Shown here one piece after another: positions 18,561 to 28,827 of a stretch of 64,000 bases of DNA (its first letter is position 1; the number at the start of each line of letters is the position of its first letter). Where the stretch lies: positions 1 through 64,000 of the IMG/VR virus record IMGVR_UViG_3300046171_000227; one strand, given 5' to 3'. Both the position numbers and the translations under genes were made by a program. Source of the DNA: a virus. Below the pieces are notes generated by a model. That model was not told where the DNA came from, searched no databases, and worked only from the letters and a program-made list of their open reading frames with translations.

Positions 18561-18689
18561 AGGATTCACTTTCATCAATTCCTAGTATATAGACGATTAT
18601 ATAAAAAACACCTACTAAAAGTATGATAATTGAGATAATCACACTCCAAACAGGATCATTAGGATTTTCAAGTGGACGTAATACTAAAT

Positions 18690-18920
18690 TCATGGATTTC
18701 TCCTATCAATACCCATACTATCAAGATATTCTAACCACCAATCTTGATCCTTTATGTATCTCCAGTTTGGAACTGGAAGATCATTTTCTACGACATAATA
18801 TTGATATAATGCTTCATCAATAATAGCAGAAATTTTAATACTCTTCTGCCTCTCTGTCAACATCTTCATATGCTTTTTCCAAATAAGGGCCGTGTTCTCG
18901 TCTGGATTCTGATTCGACAT
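18690..18920 (-). CDS. Hypothetical protein
   Basis: ORF in a run of small minus-strand genes. Confidence 0.5.
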   Translation of the reverse strand: MSNQNPDENTALIWKKHMKMLTERQKSIKISAIIDEALYQYYVVENDLPVPNWRYIKDQDWWLEYLDSMGIDRRNP

Positions 18921-19633
18921 ACTTTTCCTCGGTATAAATTCCGGATAACCATACCGCCAGTTTCATAACAAGAAGACAATTACTAGTGGTATAAAACAGG
19001 CAAGTAATACTAAGTTCATTTATGTTTCTTTGTGAATGGTTCCCAATGTTCCCATCCGTACTTATGCACTGCCCACATCCCAATGATAGGAACAAACACA
19101 AGGCACCATGATAAGATGCCAACAGTGTATGAGTTATTTAACACCCAAGCGGCAAAGCGTCCTGCAGAATGTATCATCCTTTCACCTCATTTTGAAAGTA
19201 TTCTGGTAAAGGACATCCCTTAAAGTCTTGGATCTCATCCACGGCGAGGACAAACATAGTTACAAATCCTAAGCAGAATGCAAAAAGCATCTGAGGAAAG
19301 TTATAGTTGCCATCATGTGCTGTCGGATCAGGTTCATCGTCATGAGGATGAATCATCTTTGCGATTTCCTCTGATCGCTTTTTCGATTTGTCTTCTGACT
19401 CTGTCCCTTGCTTCGGGATCTTCGGTTTCTTTTCTGGAGTATCCATATTTTTGATGGTAAATGAAGTGTCCTTGACAAATCATAGTGAGTCCAAACAAAA
19501 ATGCAAGGACTACACCTATCCATTCTAAGATTTCAGTATTAAAATCATTCACGTTTCTTTTTCTTAACTGGCCATGTAAGTTCCATGGCAACTGTAAGTC
19601 CGATTGAGAATAAGATTACTACTATTGCTGCAC

Positions 19634-20971
19634 TCATTCTGGATAGTCCCAATTGGTAATTGAATCTGTCTCATTACGAGGGCCCCATGATCCCACTTCA
19701 TGTATATACGGAGTGGTTCTAATTGGACAGGAGTCGCCAGTACAAAGGAGATCATCAACAATCCTCCATGATTCTATCACTTCTTCAGAATGAACAAAGT
19801 GTGATTGATCACTTTCTATAGCATCATATAGAAGTTTTTCATAACCATCAACTCCCAACCAATCAGGATAACGATGAGTAAGAGTAGCTAACTCTACACT
19901 CTCTCCTAATCCTGGAGATTTTACATCAATTTGAATATCTAGGTGAGCATGAGGTTGTAAACGCATAACAATTCTACCAGGAGTCTCCCCTCAAATAAAC
20001 CTAAGGGTGGCGCTTTAAGTTTTACAATAACCTCCACACATTGATAAGGCATTTTTTTGCCTGTCATAAAGCGAAAAGGAACTCCCTTCCAACGCCAGTT
20101 ATCGATGAATAAAGTACCAGCAACATAGGTAGGAGTGTTACTGTCAGGATCAACGCCCTCTTCATCGCGATAAGTTTCATATTGTCCAAGGATCATGTCC
20201 TCCCCTAGATGAGTAGCAGATAAAACTTTGACTTTTTCTCTTCTAATTTCTTTTGCGTCCATTCTACAAGGTGCTTCCATTGCAACTAGTGCAAGAATTT
20301 GAAGCATATGATTCTGCAGCATATCTCTTACAACACCTGCACCATCGTAATATTGAGATCTTCCTTCACAACCAATAGTTTCAGTCGCAAAAATTTGAAT
20401 CTCCTCTATGTACTCTCTGTTCCAAAGTGGTTCAAGAAGAACATTACCAAAGCGGGTGGCAAGGATATTATTAACAGTATCTTTACCAAGATAATGATCA
20501 ATGCGATATACTTGTTTTTCGCGTAGATGTCGCTCCACCACAGACTGTAGATGATTAGCAGATTGATAATCGTACCCAAAGGGTTTTTCAATAACAACAC
20601 GGGATTTTTCTGGATCATCTAAAAGTCCTCCTTGCTTGAGGTTGATGATTGCCCATTCATATCTTTCGGGTGGGACAGATAAGAAATAAGTTGTATCATC
20701 AGGTTTTGGGAAGTGTATTTAAACTTTCCTGACAGGATAAGTCACATGAAACATAATCTAATTGATGTAGAAATTCCTCTGGATATTCTCCAAGAGATTT
20801 TTTCCAAGCATCAACTCCAACATCTCTTCTAGCAGCACCAGTAATTAAAAATCCCCTTGGAAGAAGATCTTTCTCCCAAAGTTTATGAAGTGCTGGAATA
20901 AGTTTTCTTTTGCACAGATCTCCAGTGGCACCAAAGATTACTATACCTCTAGTGAGCAGTTCCGTTTCCAT
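19634..20971 (-). CDS. zwf: Glucose-6-phosphate dehydrogenase (indels at ~20702 and ~19988)
   Basis: IFGATGDL, EKPFG, RIDHYLGK, RDMLQNH and RWKGVPF spread over three frames. Confidence 0.92.
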
Positions 20972-21066
20972 TGTATTTGTCTGTTTCATAATAGTTATTT
21001 TCACCCTTTTTCATTCCAAAAAGTACAGTAGTCAATACAAAAGGTATCGAAATTATCATAAGGAAA

Positions 21067-22088
21067 TTACCTAACATGATGTCCTCCAAACATGTACCGC
21101 ATTCCATTAAGAACTTTATTTGCAAATGCTCCTAACTTTCTTGATCCGAATCGTTCAAATAGTGCGGTTGATATAACAGGTGCGGGAACACCAAGATCCA
21201 CAGCAGCGTGGACAGTCCAACGCCCCTCACCACTATCGCTAACTCCCCCACCGAACTTGCTAAGCTCTCTATCGCCGCGTAGAACATCAGCGGTAAGATC
21301 AAGCAACCAACTGCCAACCACGCTACCACGACGCCATAACTCAGCCACCTCAGCACAGTCAATATCATACTGATAATCTTCTGGATTCTCCATCGGAGCA
21401 ACCTCAGCATCGCCTTCCTTAACATATTTTGCCCCAGCATTAGCTTCATGCAGGATATTAAAGCCTTCGGCGTAGGCTTGCATGATTCCATACTCTACTC
21501 CATTATGAACCATTTTTACAAAGTGTCCTGCACCTGGAGGGCCGCAATGCAACCAACCATACTCAGCACTTGTTGCTCTACTCATAGGATCAGTTCTGGG
21601 AGATGAAGCGATGCCTGGTGCCAGTGCCCTAAAGATAGGAGCGCAGACGGATACTGCGCTATCTGTACCACCAACCATAAGACAGTATCCACGCTCCAAA
21701 CCGTAAACACCGCCGCTAGTGCCACAGTCAATATATTGGATGCCCAACTTAGAAAGACGCTCTGCCCTCCTCCTACTATCCTTAAAATTACTATTGCCAT
21801 GATCAATAATAATATCTCCCTCATCACAAAACTGTAGTAACTCATTTAAGGTGTCCTCCACTGTTTCTGCTGGTACAACCATCATGAAAATTCCAGGAGC
21901 ATTTGCTCTTTACAGCACTACAAAGTGATTGAATATCAACAGTTACACCATCAATACCACCATTTCTCCAAAAGTTCTTGCGCCTTTTCATAATTTCTAC
22001 GATATCCCCATACTTCGATACCGTCTTTCATCATGCGGCGAGACATACCCTCGCCCATTCTTCCTAGTCCAATAATTCCTACTTTCAT
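21067..22088 (-). CDS. gnd: 6-phosphogluconate dehydrogenase (indels at ~21965 and ~21903)
   Basis: MKVGIIGLGRMG, IDHGN, DCGTSGG, GAGHFVKMVHNGVEYG, DSGEGRW, FGGH. Confidence 0.92.
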
Positions 22089-22687
22089 TTTTGTTCTTCT
22101 GTTGATACTAATGTTACTGAACTCAAATCACTTAAATCTGGTGGAAATGGTTCACGATCTTTTTCTCTTACAGTTAGACGATCAGGATCAATCATTCTAA
22201 TTGCTTCCGCTAGTTCTTGAAAGTGTTGAATTTCATCATTCATAATCTCACAGATTTTCTTATCATCTGGAAAGCGAGTTAGATATTCAGCATACGTTTC
22301 AGCAGCGTGCATCTCTATCTCATAGGAGAGGTGGTAAGCAGAGCGAGGAGCCAACCAATAATAAACCACGTTGATCCAATAGTAGATAAGGACAAGGTGT
22401 CTGGCGACAAAGCGATCCACCCAATAAGCACTACCGCCCCTGCTCTCCATATATTCAAGATGTTCTGTTTCGTTAAGAGTTTGAGCAAAATGTTCCTCCA
22501 TTAGATATATGTGCCACTGTCCACGTAATCCTAGTGATTCTCTTAAATGAAGAACACTTAAGAAAGCAAAGTATGGTGCCCGAGCAATCTCCTCAAGCAC
22601 CCAAAAACGTGGAAAATCTCTTCCTTTATAAAGAAAATCAATAATTGCTACAGTGAAATTTAAAACCCATATGTTAATAGTTTTCAT
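22085..22687 (-). CDS. ptoX: Plastoquinol terminal oxidase
   Basis: RFWVLEEIARAPYF, NETEHL, EMHAAETY and DEIQH di-iron ligands. Confidence 0.92.
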   Translation of the reverse strand: MKTINIWVLNFTVAIIDFLYKGRDFPRFWVLEEIARAPYFAFLSVLHLRESLGLRGQWHIYLMEEHFAQTLNETEHLEYMESRGGSAYWVDRFVARHLVLIYYWINVVYYWLAPRSAYHLSYEIEMHAAETYAEYLTRFPDDKKICEIMNDEIQHFQELAEAIRMIDPDRLTVREKDREPFPPDLSDLSSVTLVSTEEQK

Positions 22688-22692
22688 AGTAG

Positions 22693-22878
22693 TTAAACAT
22701 AAATTTTAGGTTCCCCATCCTCATCATCGTCATAATCATAAATCATACGACAGTCAGACAAATCATCCCACTCTGGTTCATAGAGTGGACATGGTTCCTC
22801 AAATAAATGACTCATTCTTAATTGTTGAATCCTTTCTCTGAGAGATTTGTAAAACTCTCGTTTTTCGTCTTTGTTCAT
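22693..22878 (-). CDS. Hypothetical protein
   Basis: HLFEEPCPLYEP. Confidence 0.55.
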   Translation of the reverse strand: MNKDEKREFYKSLRERIQQLRMSHLFEEPCPLYEPEWDDLSDCRMIYDYDDDEDGEPKIYV

Positions 22879-23198
22879 TCTACGTGTACTGTACCGATCA
22901 TTCCTGCTCCTTTATGTGGCCCACACCAGTAAGTATAGTCACCTTTATCTGAAAATACAACGTCTTGGGATTCTCCCGGATTAAACATGAGCGATTCTCT
23001 AGAGAGATCAGGGCGATCTTCGACAATTATATTATGCGGAGGTAACATATTATTTTCAAAATGAACAGTGTCACCCGCACTTATTGTAACTTCAGCAGGA
23101 TCAAATACTAAGTTGCCATTAGAACCCATCTGCACATCTACAGCCCAAGCAGGTGCAGCAAGAAATAATGTAGCAAGAAGTCCGAATAAAAACTTCAT
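22875..23198 (-). CDS. petE: Plastocyanin
   Basis: Signal peptide, PHN, and YWCGPHKGAGM copper ligands. Confidence 0.95.
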   Translation of the reverse strand: MKFLFGLLATLFLAAPAWAVDVQMGSNGNLVFDPAEVTISAGDTVHFENNMLPPHNIIVEDRPDLSRESLMFNPGESQDVVFSDKGDYTYWCGPHKGAGMIGTVHVE

Positions 23199-23221
23199 AA
23201 ACATTTTTATAACTACACTAT

Positions 23222-23428
23222 CTATTTCAGATTCAATCCCCTATAACGAGGGTTTGTTTTGACTTCCTGACTTATCATTTTACTGTGTTCGTTCACACAA
23301 TTACACCATTTTTTTCTTAATTCTTTTGCTTTTTCTTTATCTTTTATTTCATACTGAAAGTGCCACCATTCATTCCAAATGGCGGCACACTCGTCACTCT
23401 TTTTTTGAAGTTGTGGTTCGTGATACAA
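23222..23428 (-). CDS. Hypothetical protein
   Basis: ORF track. Confidence 0.55.
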   Translation of the reverse strand: MYHEPQLQKKSDECAAIWNEWWHFQYEIKDKEKAKELRKKWCNCVNEHSKMISQEVKTNPRYRGLNLK

Positions 23429-23737
23429 TTACTTTTTAGGTTCTATTGCTGACTGAACTGGTGGTTGCTCTTTCTTTTTAGAATGTCCATTACCATTACC
23501 ATTACCTGCTTTAGCGGGACTGAGTCCAAAAGCAGCCAGTGATCCAGAGAACACTGAGGCAATGAATGTAGGATCAAAATCTAAAATCTTTTGTCCGTTT
23601 GGAAGTCTAACATAGGAGAATGTGAGAAGGGATGCACTCCAAATAAGGACTACAACTTTCACCAAATTACCAAGAACTTCACTTTTGTCTTCATCATTTT
23701 GCTTCTCTTCTACCTCTGCTTTGGATTTACCGAGCAT
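23429..23737 (-). CDS. Membrane protein with two transmembrane helices
   Basis: VLIWSASLLTFSY...DPTFIASVFSGSLAAFG. Confidence 0.65.
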   Translation of the reverse strand: MLGKSKAEVEEKQNDEDKSEVLGNLVKVVVLIWSASLLTFSYVRLPNGQKILDFDPTFIASVFSGSLAAFGLSPAKAGNGNGNGHSKKKEQPPVQSAIEPKK

Positions 23738-23758
23738 TAGTATAGAAGTAAGGCATCT

Positions 23759-24414
23759 TTATTTAGAGATATACCCCTGTTCCATCAACCATTTTTCGGT
23801 AAGAGGTGTTGGTTTATAAACTTCCCACATCCTTTTAGGGCCTGCACAAACTTTAAGAGCATCTCTAGTCATAGGTATCAGAGAATGCTGCAAACATTGC
23901 TTCCGATTCATATGGAGATGCTGAGGGTGGATATGTTCTTTTTGCACCATCTTTAATCCAATCAGGAATTTCATCGGGATGAATGATTATAGCAGTAAAT
24001 GTATTATCAAGAGTTCCTGCCATGCAGTCTTGAGCGGTATGCCAACCCTCATGACGGAGAACTTTAATGAGCATAGTAGGAGAAGAAATATATTTCTCAT
24101 TAAAGAACATATCATTTCCCTTTACATAATAAAGTCCGCGTGTCAAGGAATAAAAATATTTGTTGTCACCAATATAAACATTTACTCCAATTTGGTTAAG
24201 ACTGGTGAGGATATCAGTGATCTCATCTTTGTTTACTTCATGTTGCTCACCAAAACTCATCCAAGTTTTCACCTTGTCTTACATCTTTAGTGCATTCACG
24301 AAGCATCATACAACCCATAGAGTCATAAGAATTCCAGCTTTTAACTTTTGATTCATCGGCAAGGGCAGGTGTAGTCAATGCTGCTGCCATCAACATCATA
24401 AAAAATTTTTTCAT
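23759..24414 (-). CDS. Secreted HExxH (zincin-like) protein with apparent indels
   Basis: Signal peptide, then LRHEGWHTAQDC...ESEA...YKPTPLTEKWL across frames. Confidence 0.6.
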
Positions 24415-24417
24415 ATC

Positions 24418-24645
24418 TTAAAAAGGTAATGCACCACCAGTTGTTTGTGGAAGTGCCTCTGGGAGTTCTGCATCTAATGCAACAGGAAGAGCATCTGTAA
24501 TTGCTTCTCCGATCGCCTCAGTCATTCGTGACTTGACATTCGCAATAATGTTATCCTTATTGAGATAAACATAACCTCCTCCTGCAATTATAGCAGAAGT
24601 TCCTACGAATGAAAGTAGTGCTAATACATTAATTACTTTTTGCAT
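24418..24645 (-). CDS. Small membrane protein
   Basis: MQKVINVLALLSF. Confidence 0.6.
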   Translation of the reverse strand: MQKVINVLALLSFVGTSAIIAGGGYVYLNKDNIIANVKSRMTEAIGEAITDALPVALDAELPEALPQTTGGALPF

Positions 24646-24850
24646 AATATGCCTTGTAGTATTGAACTATGCCAGCTGTATGCATGTTGCCTTGAGATAC
24701 CCAATCGTTGGCACATTCATAGATGGACTGACTCGAATATTTAGGAACAACACCATCCATTTGTCCTCCATATTTTGTAAGCAATATCTTAAGTGCCTGC
24801 TCACGCACCTTCATTTTGTGATCGTTGTAGCGCCAATCATCGATGGACAT
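24629..24850 (-). CDS. Hypothetical protein
   Basis: YSSQSIYECANDWVSQG. Confidence 0.55.
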   Translation of the reverse strand: MSIDDWRYNDHKMKVREQALKILLTKYGGQMDGVVPKYSSQSIYECANDWVSQGNMHTAGIVQYYKAYYAKSN

Positions 24851-25256
24851 TTTCGGAACCGCCTTGAAAGTTTTCTGAACCACCAATAGGATTTAGTTGC
24901 AGAGTAGTTTTACCACTTCTAGTAGACATTTCATACATTAATTGATGCATCCCATCATCCCCAACAGACTTTTTAAACTCATCAACTGCAGTATAAGGGG
25001 CATACAAAGGCCCTTCATAGTTTCCAGCAAATTCTACTTCTTTCTCTTTCATAGGATTTGGAAACCAATCATCATGAGATAATTCTTTTGGGGCAGGAAT
25101 ACCAGTGAAGTAATTTTTTGCATCATCTTTAAATGCTTGTCCTTCATTATAGTCGTCTTGTAGTTCACTACAATCAACAATATTATCGTCTACCTCGCAT
25201 TTAATCTTATCTGTTGCTTGTTCTCTCTTGAAGAGTGCTTTAATTTTTTCGATCAT
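24837..25256 (-). CDS. Hypothetical protein
   Basis: ORF track. Confidence 0.55.
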   Translation of the reverse strand: MIEKIKALFKREQATDKIKCEVDDNIVDCSELQDDYNEGQAFKDDAKNYFTGIPAPKELSHDDWFPNPMKEKEVEFAGNYEGPLYAPYTAVDEFKKSVGDDGMHQLMYEMSTRSGKTTLQLNPIGGSENFQGGSENVHR

Positions 25257-25430
25257 AAAAAAGGAGCAACCTGTGCTCCAATGATAGTAAATTTATTTAG
25301 TTTTGTCAAGGAGAGGGAACCGATGCTGGTATCATCATTCCTCCACTCATGTCGTCATCATCATCAATGTCTCTTCCCAAGAATGATCCAACTATAAATC
25401 CTGCGAACAAAGACATTGCTAAGACTAACA

Positions 25431-25538
25431 TCACCATACTCCTGGGATGATCTGCCCTGTAAGTGCATATGCACCTAGAGCGGCAACAATGCCGATCATG
25501 GCTGCGAGTCCATTAATTCTTTCTGCTGTTTCGTTCAT
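25431..25538 (-). CDS. hli: High-light inducible protein (35 aa)
   Basis: Translated by hand: MNETAERINGLAAMIGIVAALGAYALTGQIIPGVW (ExxNGxxAM and TGQIIPG motifs). Confidence 0.9.
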   Translation of the reverse strand: MNETAERINGLAAMIGIVAALGAYALTGQIIPGVW

Positions 25539-25756
25539 GATTCTAAGGTAAGGTAAAATTTAGTTTGATCGGATGGTGAATTTTCATAAATGGAGGAATC
25601 ACCATACTCCTTGTGATCTTTGTATCCAACCATGCGTCCCTTCGTATTTTGAAGGGCAGACATGAATACGATAAAAAAGAATACTCCTGGGGCACCAATC
25701 AAAAGAGCACCACCAATAACATAGTAAGTAAGAATTTCAAGAAGGGAGTTTTCCAT
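25535..25756 (-). CDS. Small membrane protein
   Basis: Transmembrane helix then ALQNTKGRMVGYKDH. Confidence 0.6.
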   Translation of the reverse strand: MENSLLEILTYYVIGGALLIGAPGVFFFIVFMSALQNTKGRMVGYKDHKEYGDSSIYENSPSDQTKFYLTLES

Positions 25757-25977
25757 TAGGGATGATCAGTAAAGTGTTTTTGAATAACTTCTAAGCGTTC
25801 TTCCTCGTGTGCAATGATATCGAGTTGATCTTGGATTGCAGCGAGGATATCTGGGTGTTCGCCAATACCTACAGGTTGATGTAGGTAAACTTCTACATTT
25901 GCTTTTGCTTTAGCAATATTACCTTGAGCATCAGCACTTAGTGCTTCGATAATTTTAGCGCGGAGATTGCAAGACAT
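25756..25977 (-). CDS. Conserved phage hypothetical protein
   Basis: ANVEVYLHQPVGIGEHPDI. Confidence 0.7.
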   Translation of the reverse strand: MSCNLRAKIIEALSADAQGNIAKAKANVEVYLHQPVGIGEHPDILAAIQDQLDIIAHEEERLEVIQKHFTDHP

Positions 25978-26267
25978 CAGTACAGTTCTTCCTCTTTTTC
26001 AGTTTCAATTACACAATCACTTTCAGGATATGCAACACAAAGCAATGCAAATCCTGCTTCAAGTTGATCATCATCTAAAAATGATTGTTCTTCTTGATTT
26101 AGTGAACCTTCAATAACCTTTCCTGCGCATGATGAACAAGCACCTGCACGGCAGGAATAAGGGAGATCCAAACCTGCTTCATCAGCAGCATCTAAAATAT
26201 ATTGATCTTCTTCACATTGAATAGTATTTTCACCTTCGGGGGTTTTGAGAGTAATAGTGAAAGACAT
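25977..26267 (-). CDS. petF: Plant-type [2Fe-2S] ferredoxin
   Basis: [15 protein letters not shown]...LLCVAYP. Confidence 0.97.
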   Translation of the reverse strand: MSFTITLKTPEGENTIQCEEDQYILDAADEAGLDLPYSCRAGACSSCAGKVIEGSLNQEEQSFLDDDQLEAGFALLCVAYPESDCVIETEKEEELY

Positions 26268-26327
26268 TTAATACAATCGGATGTAAAGATTATATAGATT
26301 CTTTGATACCAAGTCAAGTATCAATTA

Positions 26328-26546
26328 TCAGAATCCGAAGACACCAAAGAAAAATACACTACCAGTAGTAGCATAAGAGATGATAGCAGAAACAAATCCA
26401 AGCATAGCAGTACGTCCATTTAATTTTTCCGCACGCTCTGCATACGTTTCATATCCATAACGCTCAGCGTCAGTCTTAGAGACGTACATCTGTGGCTCCT
26501 TAGCAAACAGATTCTGCTGTCCAAACTCATTCGTTGTTACAGTCAT
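26328..26546 (-). CDS. hli: High-light inducible protein
   Basis: NLFAKEP and AEKLNGRTAMLGF. Confidence 0.92.
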   Translation of the reverse strand: MTVTTNEFGQQNLFAKEPQMYVSKTDAERYGYETYAERAEKLNGRTAMLGFVSAIISYATTGSVFFFGVFGF

Positions 26547-26555
26547 TAACTTATT

Positions 26556-26610
26556 GTTATGAAACTTTACATAGTATATAGTAAAAAAGGAACGCTGTCA
26601 AGCGTTCCCT
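26556..26610 (-). promoter_or_regulatory. hli sigma70 promoter with an HLR1-like repeat; -35 box lies inside the upstream terminator
   Basis: TTGACA (26601-26596), 17 nt, TATACT (26578-26573); hairpin GGAACGCT-TGAC-AGCGTTCC plus T run. Confidence 0.7.
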
Positions 26611-26624
26611 GTAGTGATTTATAC

Positions 26625-26813
26625 TCAGTAGTCGTCTCCTTCAAGGATATCCTGACATTTCTCAGGATTCTTCTCACAAAATTTTCTGACATAACCATGA
26701 ACATCTTCATCCATATGATAATGGTAGATGTTGTGCATCACACCGACAATAATCAAAGTTCCCACAATCAAAATATTGAGTTGGGTAACAGGAGAAAGTA
26801 GAATCCTCTTCAT
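26625..26813 (-). CDS. Small membrane protein
   Basis: ORF track. Confidence 0.55.
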   Translation of the reverse strand: MKRILLSPVTQLNILIVGTLIIVGVMHNIYHYHMDEDVHGYVRKFCEKNPEKCQDILEGDDY

Positions 26814-26814
26814 A

Positions 26815-26839
26815 AAAAAAGGGGTGCCGTCGCACCCCA
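26815..26839 (-). terminator. Rho-independent terminator
   Basis: GGGGTGC-GACG-GCACCCC followed by a T run. Confidence 0.75.
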
Positions 26840-26872
26840 GTATATCATCTAGATGTATTATTGTCTATCGTA

Positions 26873-27247
26873 TCAGAAGTTGTACTTCACACCCAATTTA
26901 CCACCGACGCTAAGATCATCCATTTCAAACTCATCGGTAGCGGTAATCGCAGAGAGTTCGCCGTAGACGCCAAGTGCATCAGTCACGGGGACGCCAACAC
27001 CAACCTTACCGGAGATACGGGTTTCGTTCTCTTCACCATCGATAGCAACGATAGCAGGGCCACCCTGAACATAAACGGAAGCAGCACCGACTTGGCCTTC
27101 AACGCCTACGTGGATGTCGGTAGTTGCCCCGACATAATCATCGCCCGCCCAACCTGCATTGGTTTCTACGTTGACATAAGGGCCTGCAAGGGCAGCGCCT
27201 GCGGAAGTGAACAGAGCAGCAGTTGCTGCGAATACAGTTTTAAACAT
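26873..27247 (-). CDS. Small outer-membrane beta-barrel (porin-like) protein
   Basis: Signal peptide (ALA-GPYVNVE), amphipathic beta-strands and C-terminal GGKLGVKYNF BamA signal. Confidence 0.75.
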   Translation of the reverse strand: MFKTVFAATAALFTSAGAALAGPYVNVETNAGWAGDDYVGATTDIHVGVEGQVGAASVYVQGGPAIVAIDGEENETRISGKVGVGVPVTDALGVYGELSAITATDEFEMDDLSVGGKLGVKYNF

Positions 27248-27368
27248 TTTTGTGTACCTTTATTTACTTGCGGAATGGTTACCCGCAGATGGAAAGAACC
27301 TCGACTTGGTTCTGTGTAATTATACCTAATGCAAAGCAAAAGGTTAAGTATTTATGATAACAGTTTCT

Positions 27369-27998
27369 TCAGATTCTGTCAACTTGAGAGTTTCCTACGT
27401 AAAGTGGAGCTTGAGATGGATGAATTCCAGCAAAATAAATCCACCCGGTAAGAATATACTTATTACCACTTACCACCATACCACCTCTATGAGTATGTGT
27501 AAACCCAGTTGGCCATATTAACAATGTTCCTTTTTTAGGTTTAACTCTTTTTGATAGGTAGTTAAATTCAGTTTCTCCACCCTCATAATCATCATTAAGA
27601 TAAACCATCCATGCTAACAATCTATCTTTATCATAATCGTTTATAAAATGTGGTTGTTCACAGTGCCAATTATGAAATCCACCCCCAGAGATAGTTTTTT
27701 GAAGTTTTAATCCTGGATTATAAACAGAACAATCTTTTAAAATTGGATAATTATCTATGTAATGATGAAAACTATCAAAGATTAAATCATTGCAACGAAC
27801 AGTAATTTTATGTCCAGGCATAAAACACTGCAAATTAAAAGAACAATCACTTCTGTATACTGTATTATTTCTTCTAATATCAATTGATTGCTCATTTTCT
27901 ACCTGTGAAAATACATCAATTAATGCATTGCATAATTTGTCAGGGAATTGATTTTCATAAAATCCAATAAAGTCCTCATAATAAACATCTTTAGACAT
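27369..27998 (-). CDS. 2OG-Fe(II) oxygenase (prolyl-hydroxylase-like)
   Basis: GFHNWHCE, YLNDDYEGGETEF, WPTGFTHTHRG, KYILTGW. Confidence 0.88.
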   Translation of the reverse strand: MSKDVYYEDFIGFYENQFPDKLCNALIDVFSQVENEQSIDIRRNNTVYRSDCSFNLQCFMPGHKITVRCNDLIFDSFHHYIDNYPILKDCSVYNPGLKLQKTISGGGFHNWHCEQPHFINDYDKDRLLAWMVYLNDDYEGGETEFNYLSKRVKPKKGTLLIWPTGFTHTHRGGMVVSGNKYILTGWIYFAGIHPSQAPLYVGNSQVDRI

Positions 27999-28827
27999 TA
28001 TTATTATCCTTTTCTTTTGCAGCTGCTACAGCAGCAGAGTTCTCAGTGATTCTACCCAAATATGGATCATAATTCATTTGATCCTGGATACTCATTTGAG
28101 CACCATTTGTAATCCAGTAATTAGATTGTGCTTTATAGTTGCCTATATGAAAAGCATCAATATGTTCTGGATGAATACTAGAACCCAAATCAGTCTTATA
28201 AAGAAGAAGTGGAATGGAGTATGTGTTACCTGAATTGTAGATTAAATCATCTGCAACAGGACGCGGTTTCACTCCGTTATCTAGTTTGTATTTGTTACCG
28301 CGTACATGAAAGTCTAACAGTTTTTGTGCATGGCGTCTAGTAATCATGTAGCAAGCGGTAGAGAAGTCATTTACAAACCGCTTGTGAATCTTGACATGAA
28401 TATCGCCTGTGCAGATAATTGCGAGTTGAATTACATCATAGTCATAAGGAGTGTATGCAATAAAATCATCCCATGTAAAGTTCCAACATTGAACTGTTTC
28501 AAGACTACAATCATCTTCCATGATGATTGCATAAGAACTATCAGATGTCTCTAACCAGTGTTTAATTGCTTTTAGATGAGAAGTGGTACAACCAATCTCA
28601 CCAGAAGACATTAGATCTGGATATCTTCCCTTAATAATATGTCCAAGATCATCATCTCTACCATCATAAGCAGAGATACGTTCATAGTTTTCTACTCCCC
28701 AGTATTCAAACTGATCTTCCATGAACTGACGCCGTTCTGGTTGATCATCTAGGTTTAGATAATAAACAGGGCCAAAATTACGGAGTTTATGTTTTGATTT
28801 GTTCTTTTCGGCATTAGTAAAAGTCAT
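27991..28827 (-). CDS. Glycosyltransferase family 25-like
   Basis: YLNLD...ERR, ERISAYDG, GEIGCTTSHL, IMEDD. Confidence 0.8.
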   Translation of the reverse strand: MTFTNAEKNKSKHKLRNFGPVYYLNLDDQPERRQFMEDQFEYWGVENYERISAYDGRDDDLGHIIKGRYPDLMSSGEIGCTTSHLKAIKHWLETSDSSYAIIMEDDCSLETVQCWNFTWDDFIAYTPYDYDVIQLAIICTGDIHVKIHKRFVNDFSTACYMITRRHAQKLLDFHVRGNKYKLDNGVKPRPVADDLIYNSGNTYSIPLLLYKTDLGSSIHPEHIDAFHIGNYKAQSNYWITNGAQMSIQDQMNYDPYLGRITENSAAVAAAKEKDNNNV

